Shown here: in pieces, positions 19,375 to 29,413 of the stretch
Layout of the letters: every line of letters begins with the position of its first letter
Numbering within the stretch: the stretch's first letter is position 1
Assembly (NCBI GenBank): GCA_963667425.1
Contig: OY763407.1
Location: 2,081,142 to 2,145,141, forward strand
Length of the DNA stretch: 64,000 nt
Source: a bacterium
GTDB taxonomy: Bacteria > UBP6 > UBA1177 > G963667425
Reading direction: 5' to 3'
Position numbers and translations under genes: made by a program
Notes under the pieces: generated by a model
What the model saw: the letters and a program-made list of their open reading frames with translations, nothing else
What the model was told of the DNA's origin: nothing
The model's database searches: none

Positions 19375-19811
19375 ATTTTTCTGCCGAAATCAAAAAAGTA
19401 ACTTCGTGTTAAATATGGTTTAAGTTCAACAAGAATTCCTTTTGACTGAAGATATTTCAAAGTATATACCATAAGGAGCAGTATTATCATAAACTTGACC
19501 AGTCCTGCAAAAACGCCAAGAAATTTATTGAATCCTCCAGTGATACCTTCTTTTTGCTCAATAAGTCCACTGAAAAGCCAAAGCAGCAGCTTTGAAACAA
19601 GAAAATAAAAAATCACAAATAAAACAGGCGTTACAATAAAAGATGCTGATCCTGCATAATCAACTATAAAACTTTTTACTGAAGCAAAGGAGTAGAGAAC
19701 AAAACAGCAGATAAGTGTAAAAATTCGCACTATTTCACGATATCCGCCACCAAGATAACCTGAAATAAGCGACAGTACAAGTATAACGGCAATAGAGATA
19801 TCAATTATCAA
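19353..19811 (-). CDS. cvpA: CvpA-family membrane protein (colicin V production protein-like)
   Basis: 152 aa, four TM helices, CvpA-like N-terminus (MIIDISIAVILVLSLISGYLGG). Confidence 0.75.
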   Translation of the reverse strand: MIIDISIAVILVLSLISGYLGGGYREIVRIFTLICCFVLYSFASVKSFIVDYAGSASFIVTPVLFVIFYFLVSKLLLWLFSGLIEQKEGITGGFNKFLGVFAGLVKFMIILLLMVYTLKYLQSKGILVELKPYLTRSYFFDFGRKIIEFVSA

Positions 19812-20521
19812 TTAGACCGCCTTTTAAGAAGAGCCATATTCTGAATTTCAAGCCATCCTTCCTCATTTGTTTTAAAATTTTTAACTCTTGCCCATCCATT
19901 GTTTGTTTCTTCAACAATCAAAGTATCACCCTCTCCTGTTTTTCCTATTGATGTAAGGGCATTATCAGGACCGGATTTAAGATCTGTCTGAAATAGAGCT
20001 ATAGCAGTTTTAATTGAGTAATATTCGTTATGACGATAAAGAAAAAATGCTGTAAAGAATATAGCTGCTGTGAAAAGAGGAATCAAAGCTATTTTTATTT
20101 TCCATGATGGTTTAAACATAAAGAAAATAAGTGCTGCAACTACAAAATATATAGAAAGCATAAAAAGGATCAATGGGATTTCAAGCGGTGCGTTTTTTTC
20201 CATAAGAGAGTGTGGTATTTTTAATGAAAGATTTTCTTCCAGTATTTTAAGATTATGCTCTGCCTCCTTAAAATCGGGAGCAACCTGAAGTGTCTGAAGA
20301 TAAAAATAGACCGCATGTCCATATAGCTCTTCTTTTTCTGAAACCACACCTAAATTATAAAGAAGAAGCGGATTGTCAGGATCCTGTTTCAATTCATTTA
20401 AAAAGATTGTTTCCGCTTTATGATAATCTTTTGCAACATATGCATCAAATCCTGAATCAGAAGCATAAAGGACAGGTGCTGTAACAACTAACAACAGTAT
20501 AAACAATATTATTTTTCTCAT
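19808..20521 (-). CDS. BatE-like TPR plus bacterial SH3 domain protein
   Basis: Signal peptide, TPR repeats, a TM helix, and a C-terminal SH3b-like segment (GWARVKNFKTNEEGWLEIQNM). Last gene of the bat-like operon. Confidence 0.65.
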   Translation of the reverse strand: MRKIILFILLLVVTAPVLYASDSGFDAYVAKDYHKAETIFLNELKQDPDNPLLLYNLGVVSEKEELYGHAVYFYLQTLQVAPDFKEAEHNLKILEENLSLKIPHSLMEKNAPLEIPLILFMLSIYFVVAALIFFMFKPSWKIKIALIPLFTAAIFFTAFFLYRHNEYYSIKTAIALFQTDLKSGPDNALTSIGKTGEGDTLIVEETNNGWARVKNFKTNEEGWLEIQNMALLKRRSN

Positions 20522-22251
20522 TTAAGACCTCCTCTATTTCTAAGGAGTGTAATTGCTTCTTTTTTAAGCTCGTTAAGATTCTGTTCCTGATTACCGCTAT
20601 ATATTGCATGTTGAATTTTTGTTGTAAAAGCGATAGTGTTTTCTATATTTTTACCATATTTCTTTTTTAAATCATTAATTTTCTCACCTTTAAAAGAAAT
20701 ATTGTAACAGTTAAGAAAAGAATCATAAAAAAGATTCAGCAAATCACTTGGATTTTCTGCTTCAGCAAATTTGCGTTCCCAGGTACTGCGGTATTTTGAA
20801 GCATAAGCTTTCTTTTTATTTATGGAATTAATGGTAAGCCAAATCATAAATGTTAAAATCAAAATCACCAGAGGAATAACGAGCATAAGCATAAACCAGA
20901 TCGTTTCTGTCATTGGCAAAGTTGAATAAGTTTTTAAATTTGACGATAAAGTTCTTATTATTTCAAAAGGTTTTGCAGAAACTTTTTCATTATTATCGTC
21001 AAGAGCAGTTGAAACTGTGGCGGATATTTTTACCGGCTTACTTTGAATAGTGTAATATCCATCTTTTTTATTAAAAAACTCCTTTTTCAAAGAAGGTATT
21101 TCATATTTTCCTTCCTGAAGAGCCTTTATCATGAATTTAAACTCTTTTTTTCCGCAGTATTCTCCATTGGAAACATTAGCTGTTGTCTTTTTTTCAGGGT
21201 CAAATATTTTCAGTCCATTTATTTCAGAGAGTTCTAATTCTACTGCATTAAAATTACCACAGCCGCTTACAGTATATGTAACTGTATCAAAAAGCTTGTC
21301 TTTAGAAAGATTAAGCGTTGTCTTATCCTGAAAAAGTTCATACGCCCCATATGTTGCATCAGGATGATTGGCTTTATCAGGAAGCGGAAGTAACTTTATA
21401 TCAAGTTTAGGGCTGCTTATATTAAAAGTTTTTGTACTAAATCCAAATCCAGAGCCAACCGCTACTTTTAAAATTAGCTGCGTTCCTTCGATTGAAGAGG
21501 CTCCTGGCTGAGGAAGAAGAAGATATCTTTTGAGCAGACTTTGTCTATATCCTACACCATCAATAAAAACAGGTGTGTTTGTTAGGGAATTTGGACTTTG
21601 AAGAGTTTCGCTCCAACTATTCTGAAAATGAGGTTGCTCAACAAATGATAAATTTGATATTGATCTGTTGAGATATAAATACCATCCTGCAACAAATGGT
21701 TCACCTTCATAAAGATCGCCCTTGTTTTCAGGAACAATTCTTAAAAAATAATTTTTTGTCCTTTTTTCCCATTCTGTAAGCGGTGCGGAAAAGCGATCTA
21801 TATTTTCATTTGCAGAATCGTCACTTGTGTTACTATTCATAGTTGCACCGGGAAGATTATTTAAAGAACCGGAAACAATTATTGTAAGTGTATTTGATTT
21901 TATAGATTTGCCTGACTCTGTATAAACTTTTGCAGGACCTATGACAAAAGTTCCCTCTTTTGTTGGAGTAAGTTCATAAGTGTAAGTTTTTACATCTTTT
22001 TTAGTCATTTTTCCATTAATTATATTAACAGAAGATGATGATGACGTTCCACCTTCCATGACGTTGAAATTATCAAAAGACGGCGGTTCAACTTTCCCGA
22101 CATCATCATCACTATCATCGAGTACTTCCATTTGAAGAACTATCTGCTCGCCTGCCGCAACTTTTCCTTTATCTGCGGAAAGAGTTACTTTTGTAGCAGA
22201 AAGTAGTATCGGAAATATAAGAAATATTATAAAAAGTGCCTTTTGCACCAC
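20518..22251 (-). CDS. BatD-like oxygen-tolerance protein
   Basis: 577 aa. Signal peptide, large beta-rich extracytoplasmic region, a single TM helix near the C-terminus, and a cytoplasmic tail. Sits between BatC-like and BatE-like genes. Confidence 0.65.
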   Translation of the reverse strand: MVQKALFIIFLIFPILLSATKVTLSADKGKVAAGEQIVLQMEVLDDSDDDVGKVEPPSFDNFNVMEGGTSSSSSVNIINGKMTKKDVKTYTYELTPTKEGTFVIGPAKVYTESGKSIKSNTLTIIVSGSLNNLPGATMNSNTSDDSANENIDRFSAPLTEWEKRTKNYFLRIVPENKGDLYEGEPFVAGWYLYLNRSISNLSFVEQPHFQNSWSETLQSPNSLTNTPVFIDGVGYRQSLLKRYLLLPQPGASSIEGTQLILKVAVGSGFGFSTKTFNISSPKLDIKLLPLPDKANHPDATYGAYELFQDKTTLNLSKDKLFDTVTYTVSGCGNFNAVELELSEINGLKIFDPEKKTTANVSNGEYCGKKEFKFMIKALQEGKYEIPSLKKEFFNKKDGYYTIQSKPVKISATVSTALDDNNEKVSAKPFEIIRTLSSNLKTYSTLPMTETIWFMLMLVIPLVILILTFMIWLTINSINKKKAYASKYRSTWERKFAEAENPSDLLNLFYDSFLNCYNISFKGEKINDLKKKYGKNIENTIAFTTKIQHAIYSGNQEQNLNELKKEAITLLRNRGGLK

Positions 22252-22313
22252 AGTAGCCTCCTTTTTATCTAACCTTTTTTAACATAAAAATGATTTTTTG
22301 CAATTAAACATTT

Positions 22314-23135
22314 TTACCATACCTGTCCGTCGTTGTCTCCATTTCCTTTTTTCTGTATCATAAACTGAGGCACCTGAAGTTTTTTGCGTTCTTTAAATTT
22401 GTTTAACATCTCTTCCGCATCTTTCTTTTCCCCTTTTTTATCTTCTTTTTTGACTGATGCAGATTCTTTTTCCTCTTTTTTATCTTTTTCTTCTTTGTTT
22501 TCTTCCTTATCACCGCTTGTTTGTTTCATTTCATCATCTTTTTTTTCATTCTGCTGATTTTGCTGCTGTTGTTGCGGATTATTTTTTTCTTCATTTTTCT
22601 GATTTTCTTCATTTTTATTCTGCTGATCCTGATTTTTTTCCTTATCATCCTTATTTTCGTTGTTTTTATCCTGATCCTGCTGTTGTTGCTGTTTCTGCAT
22701 TTCCAACAGTCTTTTAGTAACTTCAATATTGGATGCCGTTTCTCTTGTAGGTTTTTCTTTCATCGACTTTATGTAAAAATCAAGAGATTCTTTATATTTT
22801 TTAGTATCAGCAAAAGCATTACCCATATTATGAAATATCTTTGAACGAAGATCTTTTGTTTTTGCTTTGCCAAGAGCTTTTTCATAATTTTCAATGGCTT
22901 TGTCATATTTTTTGTCTTTCTGATAAACAGCTCCAAGATTATAAAACAATTCACCGCTGTCAGGATATGCTTTTATTTCCTTTTCTATCAACTCTCCTGC
23001 TTTATCATTTTTACCTTGCGCAGAAAGCTCTTTTGCCTCTTTATTATTTGCATTTTCCTTTTTAAAAAGATCTAAAGCAAAGGCCGTGTTAAAAACAAAC
23101 AAACACGAAACACATAATAATATTAATTTTCTCAT
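22314..23135 (-). CDS. BatC-like TPR protein with a low-complexity Q/K/E/D-rich tail
   Basis: Signal peptide, TPR repeats, then about 110 aa of an extremely biased charged repeat (QQQQQDQDKNNENKDDKEK...). Confidence 0.6.
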   Translation of the reverse strand: MRKLILLCVSCLFVFNTAFALDLFKKENANNKEAKELSAQGKNDKAGELIEKEIKAYPDSGELFYNLGAVYQKDKKYDKAIENYEKALGKAKTKDLRSKIFHNMGNAFADTKKYKESLDFYIKSMKEKPTRETASNIEVTKRLLEMQKQQQQQDQDKNNENKDDKEKNQDQQNKNEENQKNEEKNNPQQQQQNQQNEKKDDEMKQTSGDKEENKEEKDKKEEKESASVKKEDKKGEKKDAEEMLNKFKERKKLQVPQFMIQKKGNGDNDGQVW

Positions 23136-24112
23136 CTTTCAGCCCCCTTTCTTCCTGTTGAAGCTATAGCAAAGAAAAGGAAAAACATTATGATACCCAT
23201 AAATAAAGGTAATTGAAACATTTCTACATAAACAGGTATTTGACTTTCTCCAGTTTTTACTCTGTTTTTGAATTTTGCAACATACTGAGAAAATGTTTCT
23301 CCTTTTTTTATCTCATCTGCAGAAAGCACAGTCTTACATTTTTCGAAAAAATCTTTATTCATTTTAGTTATGACCATGTTTCCTTGTTTGTCTTTAAGAT
23401 AACTGCCATTAACACTGACTGGTGCACCTTCAACTGAACCGACAGGTAAAAATGCAAAGTGAATATGATTTTTCTGCTGCAACTCTTTTATTTTATCAAA
23501 ATCAAGCGAAGGATCTTCTCCATCAGAAATAATGACAAGAAGTCTGTCGCTGTTTTCACTTGATGTTGACAGCGTTTCTGTTGCAAGCTCTATCGCTTCC
23601 GTAATTGCTGTTCCGTTTTTGTTTATCATCCCCGGTTCCAGAATTGATATAAGAGAAAGAGCTGTATTGTAATCAGATGTAAGCGGAAGCTGTAAAAAAG
23701 CATCTCCGGCAAAAGGAACAAGAGCGATTCTATCTCCATTTAGTGACGAAACCATATCCATCAGCTGATTTTTACCAAGCTCCATTCGTGAACCTTCGGC
23801 ATCTTCCGCAAGCATGCTTAAACTTGTGTCAAAAACTACTGCTATATCCATCCCCTCAGACTCAAAATGAAGCTCTTTAGTAATTGTCTGTGGTCTCGCC
23901 GCTGCAACAGTTAAAAGTGAAAAAGCTATAATAAGAATAAATCTTTTCATCCATATTCTTTTAACACTGCAAAAAAGAATCTCTTTTTGCTGCCACTTTG
24001 AAAATTTATTTACAAAAAAATCTCTTTTTCTTCCTGCAATATAAAAATAAATTATCAGTAAAGGAAGCCATATAAAAGGCAAAAGCAGATATCTCCAATC
24101 AGCAAAACTCAT
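23132..24112 (-). CDS. BatB-like von Willebrand factor A domain membrane protein
   Basis: N-terminal TM helices and a vWA MIDAS motif (DTSLSM...). 4-nt overlaps with both neighbours. Confidence 0.8.
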   Translation of the reverse strand: MSFADWRYLLLPFIWLPLLIIYFYIAGRKRDFFVNKFSKWQQKEILFCSVKRIWMKRFILIIAFSLLTVAAARPQTITKELHFESEGMDIAVVFDTSLSMLAEDAEGSRMELGKNQLMDMVSSLNGDRIALVPFAGDAFLQLPLTSDYNTALSLISILEPGMINKNGTAITEAIELATETLSTSSENSDRLLVIISDGEDPSLDFDKIKELQQKNHIHFAFLPVGSVEGAPVSVNGSYLKDKQGNMVITKMNKDFFEKCKTVLSADEIKKGETFSQYVAKFKNRVKTGESQIPVYVEMFQLPLFMGIIMFFLFFAIASTGRKGAER

Positions 24113-25128
24113 CTTTCAACCTCCGGAAAAACAGGAATTATCAATGTGAAAATTCTGGAAATTATAAACAGAATCATTGCTGCCAAAATAAAAATTGGTG
24201 CATATTCCTTATAGAATCTTATTTTATTTGTCGGAACAGGACTTTTTTCAAGTTTATCTATATCGGCAAAAGCTTTTTTAAGATCTTCAGGAGTTACAGA
24301 CTGGTAAAATCTGCCACCGGAAGTTTCAGCAACACTTTTAAGTAGTTTGGGATTGGCAGTGACCTGTACATTTGTATAACTTTTCATTCCAAACATATTT
24401 GTTGTAGGATATGGAACCATACCTGATTTTCCAATAAGAATGGAATAAATCTTTACTCCCATTTTTTTTGCAATCTCTGCTGCCTGAAGAGGTTCAAGAT
24501 TACTGCTGTTGTCATCGCCATCGCTTAAAAGTATTATTACTTTACTTTTACTTTTGCTTTTCTCAAGCCTTGAAAGGGCAAGTCCAAGTCCATTGCCAAT
24601 AGCTGTTCCGTCCTCAACGACTCCTGTTTTAAGAGAGGCTAATAACCTTCTAAAAACAGCATAATCACTTGTAAGGGGCACTTGAAGAAAACTATCGCCT
24701 GCAAAAAAAACAAGACCAAGTCGATCTGTTTTTCTGCTCTCAACAAAATTATCTATAACTCTTTTTGCAGTTTCGAGTCTGTTGTCCGGCTGAAAATCAA
24801 GTGCTTCCATTGAAGTTGAAATATCAAGTGCAACAAAAATATCCTTGCCCTGTATCGGAGGTGTAACTTCTTTTTCAAGACTTACAGGCCTTGCAAGGGC
24901 AATAATAAGTATTAATACTGCAAAAATATCCAGAAAAGGCGTTATATAAAAACTGTTATCAGCGTTTTTTCTCATATTTCTGAAGTTTGAATAGAAAATT
25001 CCCAGCAATCTTTTTTTGCCGACAAATTTTTTTACAAGAAAAAACAACAAAATCAAAATCGGTGCTAAAAGCAGAAACTCAGGATTTTGAAACTGCATTT
25101 TCTGCCTCCTTTGGTTCCATAGTATCAA
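24109..25128 (-). CDS. BatA-like von Willebrand factor A domain membrane protein
   Basis: vWA MIDAS motif (DISTSM). The likely true start is the ATG at 25098 (MQFQNPEFLLL), which has an AGGAGG RBS. Confidence 0.8.
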   Translation of the reverse strand: MILWNQRRQKMQFQNPEFLLLAPILILLFFLVKKFVGKKRLLGIFYSNFRNMRKNADNSFYITPFLDIFAVLILIIALARPVSLEKEVTPPIQGKDIFVALDISTSMEALDFQPDNRLETAKRVIDNFVESRKTDRLGLVFFAGDSFLQVPLTSDYAVFRRLLASLKTGVVEDGTAIGNGLGLALSRLEKSKSKSKVIILLSDGDDNSSNLEPLQAAEIAKKMGVKIYSILIGKSGMVPYPTTNMFGMKSYTNVQVTANPKLLKSVAETSGGRFYQSVTPEDLKKAFADIDKLEKSPVPTNKIRFYKEYAPIFILAAMILFIISRIFTLIIPVFPEVER

Positions 25129-25948
25129 CCAGAGATTTAAATTTATTTATAAGAGAATCATAGACTGTTTTTTCCATTGACACACCGGCAAACTTAAAAG
25201 CATCACAATTATTCATTATAAAAACAATTTCTTTGACTGCCACTTCATCACTAACATTTCTTTTTATATATCTTTTAAGCTCTCCTGTTGTCATTTCAGG
25301 AATGTTACTATCAAGTCTTTTACCTAAATAAAATTTTATTCCCATAGAAATTGAATCTATATAACCATGTTCATCATTATTAAGGTAGCAGTTTTGAGCC
25401 TTTTCGAGGTAAAGGAGGGCAACCTCTTTTGGAGTAAACTCTTTAATAAGTTCCGCAAAAGCCTGTTTTTTTCTGGTTTTAAGCTTAAACAAAATAAAAA
25501 CGGCAACCATTAGCAATGTTACTACTGCCAAAGCGTATAATATCACATACGTTTCAACATAATAATCAACCATCCCCCACATATCTGAAAGCTTATTATC
25601 TTTTTCATCTGTGTTTGCTTTAACTTTAAAAGATATTTTTCCAGCACTATATGTATTACCGTTATTATTAATTAACACTTCAGGCGTTTCAAGCTCTCCA
25701 AAATCAAGTGGTGTTATTGTTATCTCCCACTTTCCGTTATCATTCTTAAAGGGTTCTGAAATAAAAAACTTATCACTTTCCGATTTAAACGAGGCGGTAA
25801 CTTCTCCATCAAAAGTTTTATCAAGAAACAAATGATTTTCTTCTCCAAAAAATATTTCTTTTTTTTCCAGAGAAACAGCTATTTTTTCAACAGCCATTAA
25901 TCCATGAAATAAAAGAATAGGAAAAATCAAAAACAATATCTTTTTCAT
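25079..25948 (-). CDS. DUF4381-like single-TM protein of the bat/MoxR-type operon
   Basis: Signal peptide, beta-rich N-terminal domain, one central TM helix, and a cytoplasmic helical tail. Sits between the DUF58 and BatA genes, as is common in these operons. Confidence 0.45.
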   Translation of the reverse strand: MKKILFLIFPILLFHGLMAVEKIAVSLEKKEIFFGEENHLFLDKTFDGEVTASFKSESDKFFISEPFKNDNGKWEITITPLDFGELETPEVLINNNGNTYSAGKISFKVKANTDEKDNKLSDMWGMVDYYVETYVILYALAVVTLLMVAVFILFKLKTRKKQAFAELIKEFTPKEVALLYLEKAQNCYLNNDEHGYIDSISMGIKFYLGKRLDSNIPEMTTGELKRYIKRNVSDEVAVKEIVFIMNNCDAFKFAGVSMEKTVYDSLINKFKSLVDTMEPKEAENAVSKS

Positions 25949-26805
25949 CTTTTAACCTTCTCTGATCTTTTTAATCCTATTGTAAGATCCCCTATAAAAT
26001 CTTCTTTATTTTCTATCCATATAACAGGCATTTTAAGTCTTGCAAATTTAGAGTCTATATCCTTTTTAAAAGAATCTTCAAAAGAGTTGGAACCTGAAGA
26101 CATATCAATAACTATTCTTTTACCGGTTTCAGGATCAACTGTTCTTAAAAAGCCTCTACCAAAAGGGGAAAATTGTGTTTTATCATATATGGCAACAGGA
26201 ACAACTTCGTGTCTTCTTCTGGTGTGTTTGAGATGATCAGGAAAATTATCAAAAAACATATCAGAAATAAAAAAAACAAGCGCTTTTTTCTTCATTATTT
26301 GATTTAAATATTTAAAAGCTTCATCAGGAGAGGTCTTTTTCCCTTCAGATTCAGCAGTAAGCATTCTTCTTATTACTGTAAGCAAATGATTTCTACCTCT
26401 TCTTGGCGGAATAAATTCTTCTGTTGTTCCTGAAAAAAGTAGCAAACCAACCTTATCGTTGTTTTTTATAGCAGAAAAAGCAAGCGTAGCGGAAACAGAT
26501 GCGATTGTTTCCTGAATTGAAAGTTCACTGCCATACATAGTAGAACCTGATATATCAACAAGCAGAATTACTGTAAGCTCTCTTTCTTCCTGAAATTTCT
26601 TTATAAAAGGCTTGTTCATTCTTGCAGTTACATTCCAGTCAATCAGCCTTGCATCATCACCTTCCGTGTACTCTCTTACTTCCTGAAATTCCAGACCCTG
26701 TCCTTTAAAAAGAGAATGATAAATTCCCTGAAGAGAACTATCCACCTGCTTTTTGGCTTTAAGTTCAATTTTTCTTATTTTTTTTAAAATCTCTTCCTGA
26801 AACAT
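25945..26805 (-). CDS. DUF58-family protein (vWA-like; usually partnered with a MoxR AAA+ ATPase)
   Basis: DUF58 core with a vWA-like DxSGS motif (VDISGSTMYGS). First gene of the operon. Confidence 0.75.
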   Translation of the reverse strand: MFQEEILKKIRKIELKAKKQVDSSLQGIYHSLFKGQGLEFQEVREYTEGDDARLIDWNVTARMNKPFIKKFQEERELTVILLVDISGSTMYGSELSIQETIASVSATLAFSAIKNNDKVGLLLFSGTTEEFIPPRRGRNHLLTVIRRMLTAESEGKKTSPDEAFKYLNQIMKKKALVFFISDMFFDNFPDHLKHTRRRHEVVPVAIYDKTQFSPFGRGFLRTVDPETGKRIVIDMSSGSNSFEDSFKKDIDSKFARLKMPVIWIENKEDFIGDLTIGLKRSEKVKR

Positions 26806-26963
26806 AAGCGTTTTTCCTTCAAAACCACATCAAACTTTTCACAATAACAATAAACATTAAAAAAATATTCCTTAATATATAAAGTGTCAAAAAATATTCT
26901 TGAAATAATTTGAATAGAAAGTAAAATGTCTTAGGAATTGCGCTATTCATGCGGAGGTTTTTT

Positions 26964-27344
26964 ATGGCAATTGATACATCGATGAGGGTTCTGGTTGTTG
27001 ATGATTTTGCAACAATGAGAAGAATTGTTAAAAATCTTTTAAAGAGGCTTGGAATTGAAGACATAGAGGAAGCTGAAGATGGGCTCCAGGCTTTGCAGAA
27101 ACTTAAATCTGAGAAATTCGATTTGATAGTTAGTGACTGGAATATGCCTAATATGACAGGTATAGAACTTCTTCAAACGGTAAGAAATGATCCTGCCATG
27201 AAAACGATTCCGTTTTTGATGGTTACAGCTGAAGCTGAAAAAGACAACGTTTTTCTTGCCATAAAAATGGGTGTAAGCAACTATATTGTAAAACCATTTA
27301 CGGCGGATGTTCTTGAAGAAAAACTTAAAAAAATATTTGGTTAA
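26964..27344 (+). CDS. cheY: Chemotaxis response regulator CheY
   Basis: [12 protein letters not shown], phospho-acceptor in [13 protein letters not shown], and T/K in MVTAEA...KPF. A GGAGG RBS lies 6 nt upstream of the ATG at 26964; the ORF track starts it 15 nt earlier at 26949. Confidence 0.85.
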   Translation: MAIDTSMRVLVVDDFATMRRIVKNLLKRLGIEDIEEAEDGLQALQKLKSEKFDLIVSDWNMPNMTGIELLQTVRNDPAMKTIPFLMVTAEAEKDNVFLAIKMGVSNYIVKPFTADVLEEKLKKIFG

Positions 27345-27370
27345 CACTTGGACAGCTAAAGGAGAAACTT

Positions 27371-27844
27371 ATGAACGTTGAATATATTAATCCGTTTCTT
27401 ACTTCAACAATAAATGTTGTTTCAACAATGGCATTCATGAAAATTGAAGCTGGAACACCACATATAAATAGAGGAAGCGCAACAACCGGAATCGTAACAG
27501 GCGTTATTGGCCTTGCTGGTTCAAGTGTTCTGGGTTCCGTTATAATTTCTTTTTCGAAAGAAGCCATTCTTGCAATTGTGTCAAATATGCTTGGTGTTGA
27601 ATATGACAGCGTTGATGATGATGTACAGGATGCTGTTGGAGAAATAACCAACATGATCGTTGGTGGAGCAAAAAGAATTCTTTCCGAAAAAGGATTTAAG
27701 TTCAATCTTGCTATACCTACAATTATAAAAGGTGAAGATGTTTCTCTTAACCTTAAAACCAGAGGTCCAAGAGTTGTTATTCCTTTTACAATTGTTGACA
27801 ACAGCGCAACATTTACAGTTGAAGCCTGTATAGAAGAGCATTAA
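27371..27844 (+). CDS. cheX: CheX-family chemotaxis phosphatase (CheY-P phosphatase of the CheC/CheX/FliY family)
   Basis: 157 aa with a typical CheX start (MNVEYINPFLTSTINVVSTMA). AGGAG RBS. Immediately follows cheY. Confidence 0.75.
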   Translation: MNVEYINPFLTSTINVVSTMAFMKIEAGTPHINRGSATTGIVTGVIGLAGSSVLGSVIISFSKEAILAIVSNMLGVEYDSVDDDVQDAVGEITNMIVGGAKRILSEKGFKFNLAIPTIIKGEDVSLNLKTRGPRVVIPFTIVDNSATFTVEACIEEH

Positions 27845-27985
27845 ATTCTTTTCAATAATTTTTCTAAATCTACTTTTTTAAAATTAAACTATATAATTTT
27901 GCTTTTTTTAATGATTTTTGAATGTTTCGCTACTTTTTGGTTTTACCCATAATTGTTGAAAGTGAACCTAATTTTGTAAAACTGA

Positions 27986-28900
27986 TTAATTTGTTGAATC
28001 AAGAACTTTTTTAGTTTCAAGATATTCTTCATTTACATCGAGAATTGTTTTTTGAAATTGTTCTTCAGTCATATTAAAGTAGTTTATAAAATTATTGTCT
28101 AAATGATAATGGAGAGAATCAATACCTGTTCCGGAACCTGCCATCATTGCAACAATATCAGCAATATGAATAAGAAAACATATTGGTTTTTCACCATCTG
28201 GAGCTTCAGATGGTGTATGATGATATCTTGCAATAATCTCAAAAACTTCGGGAAGCTGCCAATGTTTAACAAGTATTTCTCCAGCCTCAGCATGGTCTAT
28301 TCCAAGAAAATCTCTTTCAAGTTCAAGATTATCAGAGTTGTTTTGTTCATTCATTTTTTTTACAATATTTTCATACTGTTTTTCCAAATATGTTGAAAGA
28401 AGAGATTTTCCTATATCATGAACCAAACCTGCAGTATAAGCAAGACCTCCATCAACTTTATCCTTTAAATAAAGTGCCAGAAATCTTGCAGAAATAGCTG
28501 TTTTTAAAGAATGTTCCCAAAGTTCTCCACTTTGAGCTCTGTAACCTCCAAGCTCATTTTTAAAAACATCAGGAGCTGCACTTTCCATAGTTATTGCAGT
28601 AAGAGCTCTATTTCCAATCAAAGGTAAAGCCTCATGTACAGAAACTATTTTTCTTGAAAAAGAAAAAGCTGAAGAATTAACTGTTTTAAGTATTTTACCT
28701 GAAAGAACAGAATCGCTTTCAACAATTATTGCAACATCTTTATAACTAAAATCTGTTTTATCAAGAATCTGTAATAATTTATATGCAGATTCAGAAATAA
28801 CAGGAACAGATTTTATCTTTTTATTGATTTCAGATCTTGCATCAACCTTTTTAACAGTATTGCCAAGTAATTCATCTATTTCATCTATATTCATTCCCAT
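27986..28900 (-). CDS. HDOD-domain signalling protein
   Basis: HDOD core (AAPDVFKNELGGYRAQ...TAGLVHDIGKSLL). Last gene of the che operon. Confidence 0.75.
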   Translation of the reverse strand: MGMNIDEIDELLGNTVKKVDARSEINKKIKSVPVISESAYKLLQILDKTDFSYKDVAIIVESDSVLSGKILKTVNSSAFSFSRKIVSVHEALPLIGNRALTAITMESAAPDVFKNELGGYRAQSGELWEHSLKTAISARFLALYLKDKVDGGLAYTAGLVHDIGKSLLSTYLEKQYENIVKKMNEQNNSDNLELERDFLGIDHAEAGEILVKHWQLPEVFEIIARYHHTPSEAPDGEKPICFLIHIADIVAMMAGSGTGIDSLHYHLDNNFINYFNMTEEQFQKTILDVNEEYLETKKVLDSTN

Positions 28901-28921
28901 AGGTTTCTCCTTAATTTTATT

Positions 28922-29413
28922 TTAAAGTTCCCAGACACCTTTTTCAGGATTGAACAGCAGAGTCATGCCACTTGAAATATCAAGTGTTACTGTTCTACTT
29001 ATGTTTCCTCCGACATCCTCTTTTTCCGGTGTAAGACCGAAACGTGAAAGCACTTCTCTTGCTTTAAGAATATTCTTTTTTCCTATATTAAAAAAATTGT
29101 CAGCATCCATAATAGATGCTCCTCCGGCAAGTTTTATAGAAAGATATTTTCTTGAAAGTTGAGGATTTTTCTGTTTCATCATTTTAAGCAAAAGAGGAAT
29201 ACCTGTATCTGCGAAATAACCTGGTTTAGTCTCACTTTTTGCCTTATCTGTTTCCGAATTAGGAAGAGCTATGTGTATCATTCCACCATTGTTTGTCATT
29301 TTATCATACAAAACGACGGCAACACAGGAACCTAAAGCAAATGTTTTTATAAACCCTGAAGGAGCATCTGAAACTCCTAAATCACCTATTCCAAGTACTA
29401 AGTTAGTCTGCAT
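28922..29413 (-). CDS. cheD: Chemoreceptor glutamine deamidase CheD
   Basis: Signature LGSCVAVVLYD...GGMIHIALP...LAGGASIMD...EDVGGNISRTV. Confidence 0.8.
   Translation of the reverse strand: MQTNLVLGIGDLGVSDAPSGFIKTFALGSCVAVVLYDKMTNNGGMIHIALPNSETDKAKSETKPGYFADTGIPLLLKMMKQKNPQLSRKYLSIKLAGGASIMDADNFFNIGKKNILKAREVLSRFGLTPEKEDVGGNISRTVTLDISSGMTLLFNPEKGVWEL

Noticed and set aside
26806-26948. MoxR ATPase expected upstream of DUF58
   Set aside because: This stretch is a 143-bp intergenic region shared with divergent cheY. No AAA+ Walker motifs appear in any frame, so MoxR is absent from this locus. Its presence elsewhere in the genome cannot be judged from this window.
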